This document shows positions 38,342 through 50,787 of a DNA stretch of 64,000 nt, piece after piece. The DNA is from Octopus sinensis (taxonomy: Eukaryota): NCBI RefSeq assembly GCF_006345805.1, contig NC_043000.1, positions 2,728,001-2,792,000 on the forward strand, read 5' to 3'. Under the pieces are notes generated by a model. That model ran no database searches, was not told where the DNA came from, and saw nothing but the letters and a program-made list of their open reading frames with translations. The stretch's first letter is position 1, and each line of letters opens with the position of its first letter. Position numbers and translations under genes: made by a program.

Positions 38342-41300
38342 TACATATATACAATGGGCTTCTTTCAGTTTCCATCTACCAAATCTACTCACAAGGCTTT
38401 GGTCGGCCTGAGGCTATAGTAGAAGACACTTGCCCAAGGTGTTACGCAGTGGGACTGAACCCGAAACCATGTGCTTGGTAAGCAAGCTGCTTACCACACA
38501 GCCACTCCTGCGCCTATCTACAATCATTTGAATCACTTCCCATGTGGTTGATGTTAGGAGGGTTGCTCTTTGTGGCAGCAACCATCTATTGTGGAGGACA
38601 ACTGATTGCCCACGTTTCTCATGGTCCCTTTGTGGCCATCAGCTTTGGCTGTCTTCATCTTTTCATCTGCCTTCATTTCTTTCAACAACTAACTTATAAA
38701 CATGTCAGATCAACACATTAACCATTGTGTATGTGTATGTGTGTGTATGTAAATGTATATGTAATGTATGAGTGTGTATGTAGGTACATATGTGTGTGTG
38801 CATGTATGTATGTATGAGTGTGTATGTATGTACATATGTGTGTGTGTGCATGTATGTATGAGTGTGTGTGTGTGTATGTGCATGCGCGTGTGTGTGTGCA
38901 TGTGTGTGTATGTAAATGTATATGTAATGTATGAGTGTGTATGTAGGTACATATGTGTGTGTGCATGTATGTATGAGTGTGTGTGTGTGTGTATGTGCAT
39001 GCATGTGTGTGTGTGTGTGTGTGTGCATGCGTGTGTGTGTATTTGATCTTCTCTATGATATGGAAAAAAAACCTCAACCATTACGCAACAACTGTATCAA
39101 ATTCTGTATAATTGTCTTCTACAATGATGAATTATTTTTATGTCTGCTTTGCATGATCCTTCTTGCCAATCATGTTGATGTGGTTCGATTCTTAAGAAAT
39201 CCTTTTAACTGAAATTATACATACATACATACGTATGTACATACATACATACATTCATATATAGTTATATGTAATGCATAAAATTAGACGTGTGTATAGT
39301 TCTACCAAATATTCAATTTATCACCCTCATTATTAAAATTTTATTTATATATATTTATGTGTATATATATATATATGGCACGTAAAAAGCACCAGCCGAC
39401 CGTGGCCGTTTGCCAGACCTGTCTGGCAGCTGTGCCGGTGGCACGTAAAAAGCACCCACTACACTCACGGAGTGGTTGGCGTTAGGAACGGCATCCAGCC
39501 GTAGAAACATTGCCAGATCAGACTGGAGCCTGATGCAGCCTTCTGGCTTCCCAGACCCCAGTTGAACCGTCCAACCCATGCTATCATGGAAAACGGACGC
39601 TAAATGATGATGATGATGATAATATATATATATATATATTACCATTAACTAACTATTGGAGTCTGGTGCAGCCTTCCAGCGTGCCAGCCCAGTCAAACTA
39701 TCCAAACCATGCCAGCATGAACAACAGACATTAAATGATGATGATGATGAAATTGTAAGAACTTCACCATAGATAATAGAAAAATTAAATTATATGTATG
39801 TTTATATAAGTGAGGGTGCCATGCATGCTTGAATAATCCTGGTGGTAGCTTCATGAAATCCATTTTTACATCTGATGTTGGTCAGAAATCATGTGTTTAT
39901 GAACGGAGGCCCATTTGACTACACAAACGATAACAGAGGAGATAGTTACCTCCCTTTTCAATAACAGCCAGTATAAATGAAGGCTTGTAAAACTGTTTGT
40001 AGTTAATATTGGAAACTGCTATTCATCTGCATATAAACACTATGAACATTTTCCATCTCTCATAACATTCTATGAAGAAAGAAGAAAAAGAAATGAAAAC
40101 ATTCCATAAATTTTCTTCAGACTGTAATTAACTTCATCTTTAATTTTACTGTAATATCTCTCTTCATAATATTACTGACAAGTTTACAGGTTAAGTCATG
40201 CTGAAGGTTTCTCAAAAGGATGAAATCATCATCATCATCGTTTAATGTCCACTTTCCATGCTGGCATGGGTTGGATGGTTTGACTGAGGACTGGTAAGCC
40301 AGGAGGCTGCACCAGGTTCCAATCTTTTCTAGCAAGGTTTCTACACCTGGATGCTCTTCCTAACGCCAACCTCTCTGAGAGTGTAGTGGGTATTTTATGT
40401 TCCACTGGCACTGTGGCCAGTCAAGCAGCACTGGTGTTGACCATGCTCAAATGGTGCTTTTTATGTTCCACCAGCACTGGCATCAGCCATGCTCGAATGG
40501 TGCTTTTTACATGCCATCGGTACAGGTGCTAGTCAGGCGGTACTGGCATCAGCCATGACAATGATTTCACGTGACTCAACAGGTTTTCTTAAGCACAGCA
40601 TATTGCCTGATGACTGAAGGATACTTTTAAATGGGCCGGTTGTATGACACTGGCATAAATAGTAATGAAATAGTATTATACATACAAATTATAAGAACTT
40701 TGCCATAAATGAAAAAAATTTAGTTAGATAAATATCGAAATCGATCAATGGAAATTGCAGATGTGTTACCAGTGCCGGTGGCATGTAAGAGAACCTTCTG
40801 TTTCGCGACCGTTGCCAGCACAGCCCCGTTTCGTGTCCGTTGCCAGCCTCGCCTGGCCCTTGTGCCAGTGGCACATAAAAAGCACCATCCGTTCGTGGCT
40901 GTTTGCCAGCTGTCTGGCACCTGTGCGGGTGGCACGTAAAAAGCACCCACTACACTCACGGAGTGGTTGGCGTTAGGAAGGGCATCCAGCCGTAGAAACA
41001 CTGCCAGATTTGACTGGGCCTGATGAAGCCTTCTGGCTTCACAGACCCCAGTAGAACCGTCCAACCCATGCTAGCATGGAAAACGGACGCTAAACGACGA
41101 CGATGATGATGATGATATGTGAAGTGTTTATATCCTTTTCACATTCTTGGATTTCAAATTCAAATTTCTAATCTCGCTTCATTCTGCGAGGAGATGGTTA
41201 CCTCCTTTCGCAATTACAACTATCAAGAGAACAAAATGTGCACGTGTGTATCATTATCATAATATCCACTTTACCATGCTTGCATGGGTCAAACAATTTA

Positions 41301-42019
41301 TTGAGGTATATTTACTGTGGTCAGATGTGATTCCTGATGCTACTCTATTTACAATGTGACCCTCAGAAGTTCACTTCCCAACCACGTGGTCTTGCATTTA
41401 GCCCCACTGTGTGGCACCTCAAGTGTCTTCTGCCATAGCCTAAGACCAACCTATGCTTTGTAAGCAGATTTGATAGAAAGAAACTGAAAGAAGCCCTTCA
41501 CATATGTGCATACATGTATTATATGTGTGTGTGTGTCATTGTCTTGACATTGTATGTTAGTTGTAAATGACAGTCACCATAGTTTAAACAATGTTGTTTG
41601 TTTCCAATCCTCCATGAAAACATGTCTGGTTATGGGTAAATATTATCTTGCTTGGAAATGAATTTGAATGGTGACAGAAAGGTGATCTAGTTCTAGGTAT
41701 AGAAAATCTGCCTCAACAAATTCCATCTGACCCATGCAAGCAGAAAAAAGCAGACATGAAAACAATGGTGATAATGATAATGATGATATGTGAACCAGAC
41801 AATTATCTCTCATCAGGGGAAAAGAAATAGAATCCAAGAAAACGATTGATGGTCTCTGTTGGCTAAAACAGTTAATAAAAATTAATAAATTGCGTTGCAA
41901 GAATTGTTCTTTTCTTATAGTATACAGACATGAATTATTTCATAAAATATTTCTTATCTGATGTTTAGAAAATATATCTGAAATTAATATTCTCTCGTTT
42001 TTATTTCTCTAAATCACAG

Positions 42020-42243
42020 ACGGTTCAGATATTTATGATGAAAGTGGTAAAAATGTTATTGGCATTGTAACTAGTGGTTGTCCATCACCAACATTGAAGA
42101 AAAACATTGCCATGGGTTATGTGAAGCCTGAATATACAGCAGTTGGCACCAACGTGGTCTTCGATATCCGTAAAAAGATGATTCCTGGCCAAGTAGCTAA
42201 AATGCCATTTGTGCCTACAAATTATTATATTGTCAAGAAATAA
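42020..42243 (+). CDS. AMT: AMT exon 7, terminal ([23 protein letters not shown]...[12 protein letters not shown])
   Basis: Acceptor cacag|, stop TAA at 42241-42243, conserved C-terminal motifs. Confidence 0.96.
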
Positions 42244-42244
42244 A
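42239..42244 (+). terminator. Candidate poly(A) signal AATAAA overlapping the AMT stop codon (second AATAAA at 42346-42351)
   Basis: AAGAAATAAA followed about 40 nt later by a T-rich tract. Confidence 0.45.
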
Positions 42245-44024
42245 AATGTATTTCCAATATATTTCAGATTATAAAAAAAGTTTGATTTTGTTTTTATTTT
42301 TTTCCTGTAATTTTCTATCTCTTTGAATCTCTGTTTAATTTTGATAATAAAATCTATGACAAAAGAACAGACTTTTGATATCTTTGGAGATATGTCTGTA
42401 TGTATATGTATGGGTGTGCATATGTATATATGTATGTGTGTGTGTGTGTGTAGTTTGAAATAGAGGTGGGTGACAATGAGTTTTATGAGGGGTTCCCGAA
42501 AAGTTTCTGACTTTAAGGGTATCGGGAAAGGCCTGGTTGGAGGCCCAACCTTCCAAGTTCTTTTACAGGGCTTAGAAAAACTTAAGGGCCACTGCAGTAA
42601 GTGTGTTAATCTGACAGTGGAATATATATGATAAAATTATAATTAACTGATCCTCCTGAATTTTCTTCTACCTAAAGTCAGGACCTTTTCAGCACCCCCT
42701 TATACAGTAGACTGAGAAGATAGTATGGTGGTGGCCCCTCTCATAACACCAGCACAGTTCTAGGTCCATAATGAAAACTCAGACACTTACAACAATCTAG
42801 TCTCGTTAACTGTAAGCAGGCACAACTGCTGTAAAAAGTGTTTGGTCTGGGAAAAATTGCAAGTGTTTTGTTGACTCAGAGTACTGGTTTAAGATCACTT
42901 ATGCATTTGGTATCATGAAAGGGGTTAGTTTCAACTCTAGCACCACCAAAAATGGTAGAAGTTGAGGTCTAACACTCTGAATATGGTGTAAGTGAATCCA
43001 TAAAATACTCCTGTGCTTCTTGCAAAAATGTATGTTCTAATACTGTGTGGTTTAGAAGCTTGGTTTTTGACCCTGTGGTCTTGGATTCAATCTCTTTGCA
43101 TGGCACCTTACTCTTTACTCTTTTACAAGTTTCAGCCATCAGATTGTGGCTATTCTGGAGCACCGCCTTTAGTCGACCAAATCAACCCCAGGACTTATTC
43201 TTTGTAAGCCTAGTACTTATTTTATCGGTCTTTTTTGCCAAACCGCTAAGTTATGGGGATGTAAACACACCAGTATCGGTTGTCAAGCGATGTTGGGGGG
43301 ACAAACACAGACACACAAACATATACACACACATACATATATATATGTATACATATATACGACGGGCTTCTTTTCAGTTTCCGTCTACCAAATCCACTCA
43401 CAAGGCTTTGGTCGACCCGAGGCTACAGTAGAAGACACTTGGGCAAATGTCTTCTACTATAGCCTCATGCTGACCAAAGCCATGTGAATGGATATGGTAG
43501 GGGGAAACTGAAGGAAGCCCATCATATAGATAGATGTGTGTGTGTGTCTTTGTGTTTGTCCCCCCCACCACTACTTGACAACCAGTTTTGATTTGTTTAT
43601 GTGTCTGTAACTTAGTAGTCTGGCAAAAGGGACCGAGAGAATAAGTACCAGGTTTTTAAAAAATATATAAGTATTGGAGTTGATTCATTCCACTACAAAA
43701 AAAAACAAAACAATTCTTCAAGGCAGTGCCCCAGTATGGCTGCAGTCTAATGACTTAAACGAGTAAAAGATAAAAGACAATATGATTGTGTGTTTGAGTG
43801 TATCCTTAGCTAGACATCATGTGATGATTGTAAATGAGCATCATCGTTGTACAAGCAGGGTGGTTCATTTCCAGTCTTCTGTGAAAAACATTTCTGGCCA
43901 CAGGGAAATATATTGCCTTGCTTGGCAACAGGAAAGGCATCAGGCTGTGGAAAATTTGTCTCAACAAATGGTAATGGGAAAAATGGATGTTAAATCATGA
44001 TGATGATGATGATGATGATAATAA

Positions 44025-44187
44025 TTTATTCTTAATCAGTAATGAGAAAAATGTATAATTACACTGTGTTCATTTGTGTTGTGTGTATTGTTTTGTTGGA
44101 CATTGTTCAAATTTCCAGAGTTAAAAAACCATTATACCAATATTAACATTGTACAATAGAAGATTACAGTCTACCATATATTTTTGA
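44025..44187 (-). repeat. Intact right arm of the inverted duplication (partner 35828-36498)
   Basis: For example CACTGTGTTCATTTGTGTTGTGTGTATTGTTTTGTTGGACATTGTTCAA is the exact reverse complement of about 36415-36463. Confidence 0.9.
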
Positions 44188-44702
44188 TACATGTAGATGA
44201 CTCCTATAGTAGTTGTAGTAGTAGTACCACAGCAGTATCCTTAGAGCATTCAAATAATTCTTTGTAACTATTGTTCCATTCTAAGTTGTTCTGAGTTCAA
44301 ATCTTGCTGCAGTTGACAGTTGCTTTTATTTTTTTAGGGGTGGGGTTCAGTAAAATATAATACCAAGCAAGTGCTGGGGAGGTCAGTTTTATTGACTAAA
44401 CCCATCTTATAATTCCTGGGCATATGGCTTAATCAAAAACTATCATCATCATCATCATCATCTTTATTGATGTGGTGAGCTGGTAGAATCAGGGAAAATG
44501 CACATCAGGGAAAATGCTTAGTGGTATTTCATCCGTTTGTACTACGTTCTGATTTCAAATTCACCTGAATTTACCATTTCTCTTTTTAGGATTGATGAAA
44601 TAAAATTCCAATTAAACGCTGGGGTCGGTGTAAACGACTCATTCCCTCACACAAAATTTCAGGCCTTGTGATTTAGCAGAAAAGATAATTATCATTATTA
44701 TT

Positions 44703-45025
44703 ATTACCTCCGTCTTAACGAAGGCGGGGGTATTATTTACAGTTATGTTTGTCCATGGACAAGATATCTCAAGAACCGCTGGATGGATTTGGATGAAACT
44801 TTCAGGGATGTTTGGCCTCATGACTAGCACAAACTGATTAGATTTTGGGATTGATCCTGTACCAGACAGAGACTCTGAGCTATTTTTCCGTTTTCTTTTA
44901 CTTCATTTTTGAGAGCTGTCAGGTTCATTTTTAGTATTCTTGATTGTGAGAGCAGTCGAGCTTATTTCAGATATTCTCATTTTAAAAATCATCTTCGGCT
45001 AATTGTTGAGAGGATGTTGGTGTTT
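44703..45025. mobile_element. Helentron-associated (HINE/DINE-like) non-autonomous element fragment
   Basis: Starts TTACCTCCG..hairpin..GGCGGGGG, then GATATCTCAAGAACCGCTGGATGGATTTGGATGAAACTTT. Family assignment is from recall of such elements. Confidence 0.55.
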
Positions 45026-45302
45026 GGCAGAAACGTTAGCGCGCCGGGCGAAATGCTTAGCAGTATTTCGTCTGTCGTTACGTTGTGAGTTCAAATTCCG
45101 CTGAGGTTGACTCCGCCTTTCATCCTTTCGAGGTTGATAAATAACAAGTACTAGTTTCGCACTGGGGTCAATGTAATCAACTTAATCCCTTTCTCTGTCC
45201 TTGTTTGTCCCCTCTATGTTTAGCCCCTTGTGGGTAGTAAAGAAATATATTACTATTATCATCATCATCATCATTATTATTATTATAATTATTATTATTA
45301 TG

Positions 45303-45336
<34 letters not shown>

Positions 45337-45349
45337 TATTATTATTATG

Positions 45350-45393
<44 letters not shown>

Positions 45394-45930
45394 GGCAGTG
45401 AGCTGGCTGAACTTTTACCATGCCGGGCAAAATGCTTTGCAGTATTTCATCGGTTTTTACATTCTAAATCTTTATAAACGAGAGGATTATTATTATTATT
45501 ACAGCAATGGGCTGGCTGAATAGTTATGCTGGACAAAATGCTTTGAAGTCCATTTCCCAGCTAAGTTTGCAGAGATCAACTTTGCTCAAAATAAAGTACC
45601 AGTTAAATACTGCTTTTGATGTAATTGACTTTTCTTCTCCCCTCAAAAATTACTGGCCTTGTGCCAAAATTAGAAAGGATTGTTAAAAATCCAAGCCTTG
45701 TGCCTATAGTAGAACGGATTTTTATTATTATTATTTTACGTGCGGGTGGCACGTAAAAAGCACTTACTACACTCACGGAGTGGTTGGCGTTAGGAAGGGC
45801 ATCCAGCCGTAGAAACACTGCCAGATTTGACTGGGCCTGATGAAGCCTTCTGGCTTCACAGACCCCAGTAGAACTGTCCAACCCATGGTAGCATGGAGAA
45901 CGGACGCTAAACGACGACGACGACGACGAC

Positions 45931-45979
<49 letters not shown>

Positions 45980-46856
45980 TTTTTATTATTATGCATTTTT
46001 TCCTGAAAATGGTTCTCAGAACGTTGGAGTATAAGGATGCTAATGATGATGTTGCCATTAATGGTAATGGATGGGAGTGCCAGTAGGTGTGGGAACCAGA
46101 GAAATCTGCGATATTGGAATATTGGATTATTGAATTACTCCACCTTCAAGCCAGCCAGCTTTGTGTGTAATATAAAGTGTCTTTGACAGGAGAGGGTATG
46201 GAAGGAAGTGGGTTTGGCCCGTGGCACTGCACAGCTGTTGGTGGTCATAAGAATTACAAGAGAAAGAGAGGGATTTTGAAAAACATGTAGGGGGCATGCT
46301 GAGGAGGTAGGGGTGGGGGTGAAAAGTAGGAGATAGAAAGGGTTCTACACAAACATGCATGTGTGTAAACATACACACGTATGTGCAAACAAATACACAT
46401 ACACACATCTATATTTAGGCACAGGTATGGCTGTGTGGTTAAGAAGGTTGGTTGCCAGCCATGTGATCTTGTGTTCAAACTTGTTGCTTGGCACCTTGGG
46501 CAAGTGTCTTTTCCTATAACCCTGGGCTGACTGAAAGCCTTGTGAGTGGATTTGGTTGACTAAAAGTGAATGAAACCTGTTGTGTGTGTGAGTGTGTGTG
46601 TGTTAGTCCTCACCACACTGCTTGATAACAGGTGTTGGTTTATTTACATTCCTATATCCAAAGAGATTTTAGTCCAATATTAATATGTACAAGCATGGCT
46701 CTGTGGTAAGGAGTTTACTTCCCATTGACACAGTTCCAGGTTCAGTCCTGCTGTATGGCACTTTGGGCAAATGTCTTCAACTATGGCCCCACAGGTTGAT
46801 CAAAGCCTTGTGCATGGTTTTGGTAGACAGAAACTGAAAGAAGCTCATTGTTTGTT

Positions 46857-46901
<45 letters not shown>

Positions 46902-47434
46902 ATGTGTGTGTGTGTGTATGCGTTTGTGTGTGTGTTTGTCCCCCACCAACACTTCACAACTAGTGTTGATTTGTTTACATTCCCATAACTTAGCAGTTTG
47001 GCAAAAGGAAATTGATATGATAAGTACCAGATTAAGAATAAAATAAGTCCTGGGGTTGATTTGTTTGACTAAATCCACCACGGTGGTGCCCCAGGATGGC
47101 CACAGTCTACAGACTGAAAGAAGTAAAAGATAAAAAGTACTATTATTGATAGATTTACTTCAAGTTCCACCACCAACATCGTCAACATCATTTAACATCT
47201 GCTTTCGATGCTGGCATGGGTTGGACAGTTTGACTGAAAACTGGTAAACTGGGCAGCTGCACCAGGTTCCAATCTGATCTGGCAGTGTTTCTACAGCTGG
47301 ATGCCCTTCCTAATGCCAACCACTCTGAGAGTGAAGTGGATGCATTTTATGTGCCACCAACATGGGTGCCAGTTATGTAACGCAGGCATTGGCCATGGCT
47401 ATGATCTCACTTGGCTCGACAGGTCTTCTCAAGC

Positions 47435-47538
47435 AACAAGATCAGGCCTCTGTTTAGTTCTATGAAAAATATTCATGGTCGCATGGACATGAGAACAACT
47501 GTGGTACTCCATTTTGATGGATACCAAAGTGTTCAGTT
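47435..47538 (+). repeat. Left arm of a roughly 105-bp inverted repeat (partner 49702-49806)
   Basis: AACAAGATCAG..CTCTGTTTAGTTCTATGAA...ATTCATGGTCGCATGGA.ATGAGAACAACTGTGGTACTCCA is the reverse complement of 49702-49806, about 88-90% identical by eye. Confidence 0.88.
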
Positions 47539-48439
47539 CAGGGATCACCATGAAGGCAAAGAGAAGTGTAACCAGCACTGACCAATGGAATAGCCTGATA
47601 GTGAAATTAATGTGCAAGTGGCTGAGCACTCCACAGACATATGTACACTTAATGTAGCTCTCAGGGAGATTCAGCTTGACACAAAGTGTGATAATGCTGG
47701 CTCTTTGAAATACAGGTACTACTCATTTTTGCCAGCTGAGTGGACTGGAGCAATGTGAAATAAGTCTTTTGCTCAAGGTCACACCACTCCACCAGATATT
47801 GAACTCATAACCTTACGATCATCATCATCATCGTTTAACGTCCGTTTTCCGCGCTAGCACGGGTTGGACGGTTCGACCGAGGTCTGGGAAGCCAGGGGCT
47901 GCTCCAGGCTCCAGTCTGATCTGGCAGAGTTTCTACGGCTGGATGCCCTTCCTAACGCCAACCACTCCGCAAATGTAGTGGGTGCTTTTTACGTGCCACC
48001 TGCACAGGTGCCAGGTGGGGGTCCGGCATCGGCCACGATCGGTTGGAGCTTTTAACATGCCAGTGGCACGGAAGCCAGCCAAGGCGGCGCTGGCAACATT
48101 TGGATGGTGCTTTTTATGTGCCACCGGCACAGAAGCCAGTTGGGGCGGCGCTGGCATCGGCCATGTTCAGATGGTGCTTTTTATGTGCCACCGGCACAGA
48201 AGCCAGTCGAGTGGGCGCTGGCTACGGCCACGTTTGGATGGTGCTTTTTATGTGCCACTGGCACAGGTATCACAACTACTATTTCCATTGATATTGATTT
48301 CGATGTTCATGTTCATGTACTTGACTCAACAGGTCTCCTCATGCACAGCAGGACGTTCTGGGATCCATGAGCTGAATACCCTAACTACTAACCCACACAC
48401 CTTCACTGAGGAAGTAAAATGGCAGTCAAGATATCTGGC

Positions 48440-48670
48440 AAGCAGTGAAAGTGTTGCACAGGGCAGAGTTGGATTTGGGAGTTTAACAATGATTAACAAG
48501 AAAAGAGAGGAGGGTGTAATAAGAGCAAGTAAGCAAAGCAACAGCAACATGAAAGCTAGGTGCCTGGATAAAGTGGAAACAGGCAATGGAGTGGAATATC
48601 ACTGGGCATGATAGGACGTCTGGAAGGGAAATCCTAAGAAGATCAAGTTCTTGATTCAAAGGATTCTATC
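48440..48670 (+). mobile_element. Decayed R2-Hero-like LINE fragment
   Basis: Across frames: VAQGRVGFG ... GAWIKWKQAMEWNIT ... WKGNPKKIKFLIQ, resembling the Hero-clade post-RT region (recall). Confidence 0.6.
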
Positions 48671-48894
48671 TTTTCAGCCTCAGTCCATCTGTCCTATTTA
48701 CATAGGGCATAATGAAAGATGTGAAACACTGAGCTTTAAAATGGTGTTGATATTGTATCAAATGAACATAAAATGATAAATCAAGTTTTTGGTTCCTGTT
48801 ATATTCTTCAAACTTCATAGACCAAGACAAGATACCATCTACAGAAAAGTTTGTGGAAGGGTTCAGATCAAGTTATTGAATTCTTCTACTAAAT

Positions 48895-49665
48895 TTCCTT
48901 ATTTCTTTATTGCCCATAAGGGGCTAAACATAGAAGGGACAAACAAGGACAGACAAAGGGATTAAGTCAATTACATTGACCCAAGTGCGTAACTGGTACT
49001 TAATTTATCGACCCCGAAAGGATGAAAGGCAAAGTCAACCTCGGCAGAATTTGAACTCAGAATGTAACAGCAGACAAAATACCTATTTCTTTACTACCCA
49101 CAAGGGGCTAAACATAGAGGGGACAAACAAAGACAGACAAAGGGATTAAGTCAATTACATCGACCCAAGTGCGTAACTGGTACTTAATTTATCGACTCCA
49201 AAAGGATGAAAGGCAAAGTCAACCTCGGCAGAATTTGAACTCGGAATGTAACAGCAGACAAAATACCTATTTCTTTACTACCCACAAGGGGCTAAACACA
49301 GAGAGGACAGACTAACAGATTAAGCTGATTACACCGACCTAAGTGCGTAACTGGTACTTAATTTATCGACCCCTAAAGGATGAAAGGAAAAGTCGATCTC
49401 GGCAGAATTTGAACTCAGAATGTAACAGCAGACAAAATACCTGTTTCTTTACTACCCACAAGGGGCTAAACACAGAGAGGACAAACAAGGACAGACAAAC
49501 AGATTAAGTTGATTACACCGACCTAAGTGCGTAACTGGTACTTAATTTATCGACCCCGAAAGGATGAAAGGCAAAGTCAACCTCGGTGGAATTTGAACTC
49601 AGAACATAACAGCAGACGAAATACCGCTAAGCATTTCGCCCGGTGTACTAACGTTTCTGCTAGCT
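48895..49665 (-). repeat. Tandem array of four SINE C-derived units (about 174-185 bp)
   Basis: Unit starts near 48900, 49085, 49268 and 49442. Only the last unit carries the SINE head. Confidence 0.92.
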
Positions 49666-49870
49666 CTTCTACTAACTTTCCTAAGTATTAATTTATTCCT
49701 AAACTGAACATTTTGGTGTCCATCAAACTGGAGTACCACAGTTGTTCTCATCTCCATGCGACCATGAATTTTCCTTCATAGAACTAAACAGAGTTCTGAT
49801 CTTGTTACCACGTCTTCCATACAACCTAATTTATCCAAACACAGTCTACCACCAGATTTCTTAGATTCCA

Positions 49871-50318
49871 AATGTTACCAATGCTCCTATTGATTCTATA
49901 ACTGAAGAAATTATCAAGATATTTAATGGGAAAATAGTCACTAACAAAATCTTTGATTCCTCCAATGCTGAAAACAATCTGTGCAACAATTAATTGGGAG
50001 ATCCTAAACAGCTGTAACTTTTGTAGTGAGCTCTCATCTTCATATTTCGTCTTTGAAAAAGGGAAGTGTTTTAACGTTATTACAAAATTTAAATAAGGCT
50101 AATTAATTTTGCAATAGCGTAAAAATTTAAATAATCCATTTACGTGAATGCTTTAGTAAAGGTCACGTTGTTACAGAATGGAAAATATTATACTATGCCA
50201 AGAATTAAACTGAGACATTCTGTCACCATTCGGCCATAAACTCATGCAATTACAGCTCCAAGTTCAAGTGACTTATGCAAAGAGAGTCAATAAATCTTAA
50301 TACCAAACATTGGTTAAA
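49871..50318 (+). pseudogene. Fossil Helitron RepHel PIF1-like helicase fragment
   Basis: NVTNAPIDSITEEIIKIFNGKIVTNKIFDS ... LKKGSVLTLLQNLNKAN*FCN ... PRIKL ... LQLQVQVTYAKRVNKS*YQTL follows the order of PTN..VD.IN, LKVG.P.MLLRNL...LCNG, PRI.L and QFPV..A.AMTINKSQGQTL. Confidence 0.78.
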
Positions 50319-50746
50319 TAAGAGAACCACAGATTGATTTCCCGAGATTCTTGATTCCATCAGTATATTCATTTAACATCCATTTTCCATGCTGGAATGG
50401 GTTAGACAGTTTGACAAGAGCTGGCCAACTGGAGGGCTGCACCAGGCTCCAATTGTCTGTTTTGGAGTGGTTTCTAGGGCTGGATGCCCTTCCTAATGCT
50501 AACCTCTTTACAGAATGTCCAGGGTGCTTTTTTATGTGGCACTAGCACAGATGCCTTTACATGGCACTGGATGGATATTTTTATGTAGCACTAACATTGG
50601 TGCTTTTATGTGGCACTGGCACATGTGCTGTTATGTGGCACCAGCACAGGTGCCCCTTTAAAAGCACAGGTGCTTTTATGTGGTACTGGTGTGGGTGCTT
50701 TTACATAGCACCAGCACCTGCAAGCTCACAAGACAAAGACCTCTCA

Positions 50747-50787
<41 letters not shown>

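Larger units (their letters stand above)
2205..42243 (+). other. AMT: AMT gene span (aminomethyltransferase, glycine cleavage system T-protein, mitochondrial); 7 coding exons, 413 aa
   Basis: Manual splicing gives an open 1242-nt CDS with GCV-T motifs [68 protein letters not shown] and [10 protein letters not shown]. All six introns are GT..AG and phases match (0,0,1,0,1,1). Confidence 0.95.

Noticed and set aside
39790-40020. Non-repetitive stretch in intron 6 as a possible antisense exon
   Set aside because: No recognisable protein similarity and no consistent splice pair.
47980-48270. Regularly spaced GGTGCTTTTTATGTGCCACCGGCAC repeats resembling a CRISPR array
   Set aside because: The spacers are related to each other, the array is internal to a dispersed eukaryotic repeat family, and there are no cas genes.
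47982-48611. 209-aa ORF, the longest in the track
   Set aside because: Chance read-through of repeat B subunits into a decayed LINE fragment.
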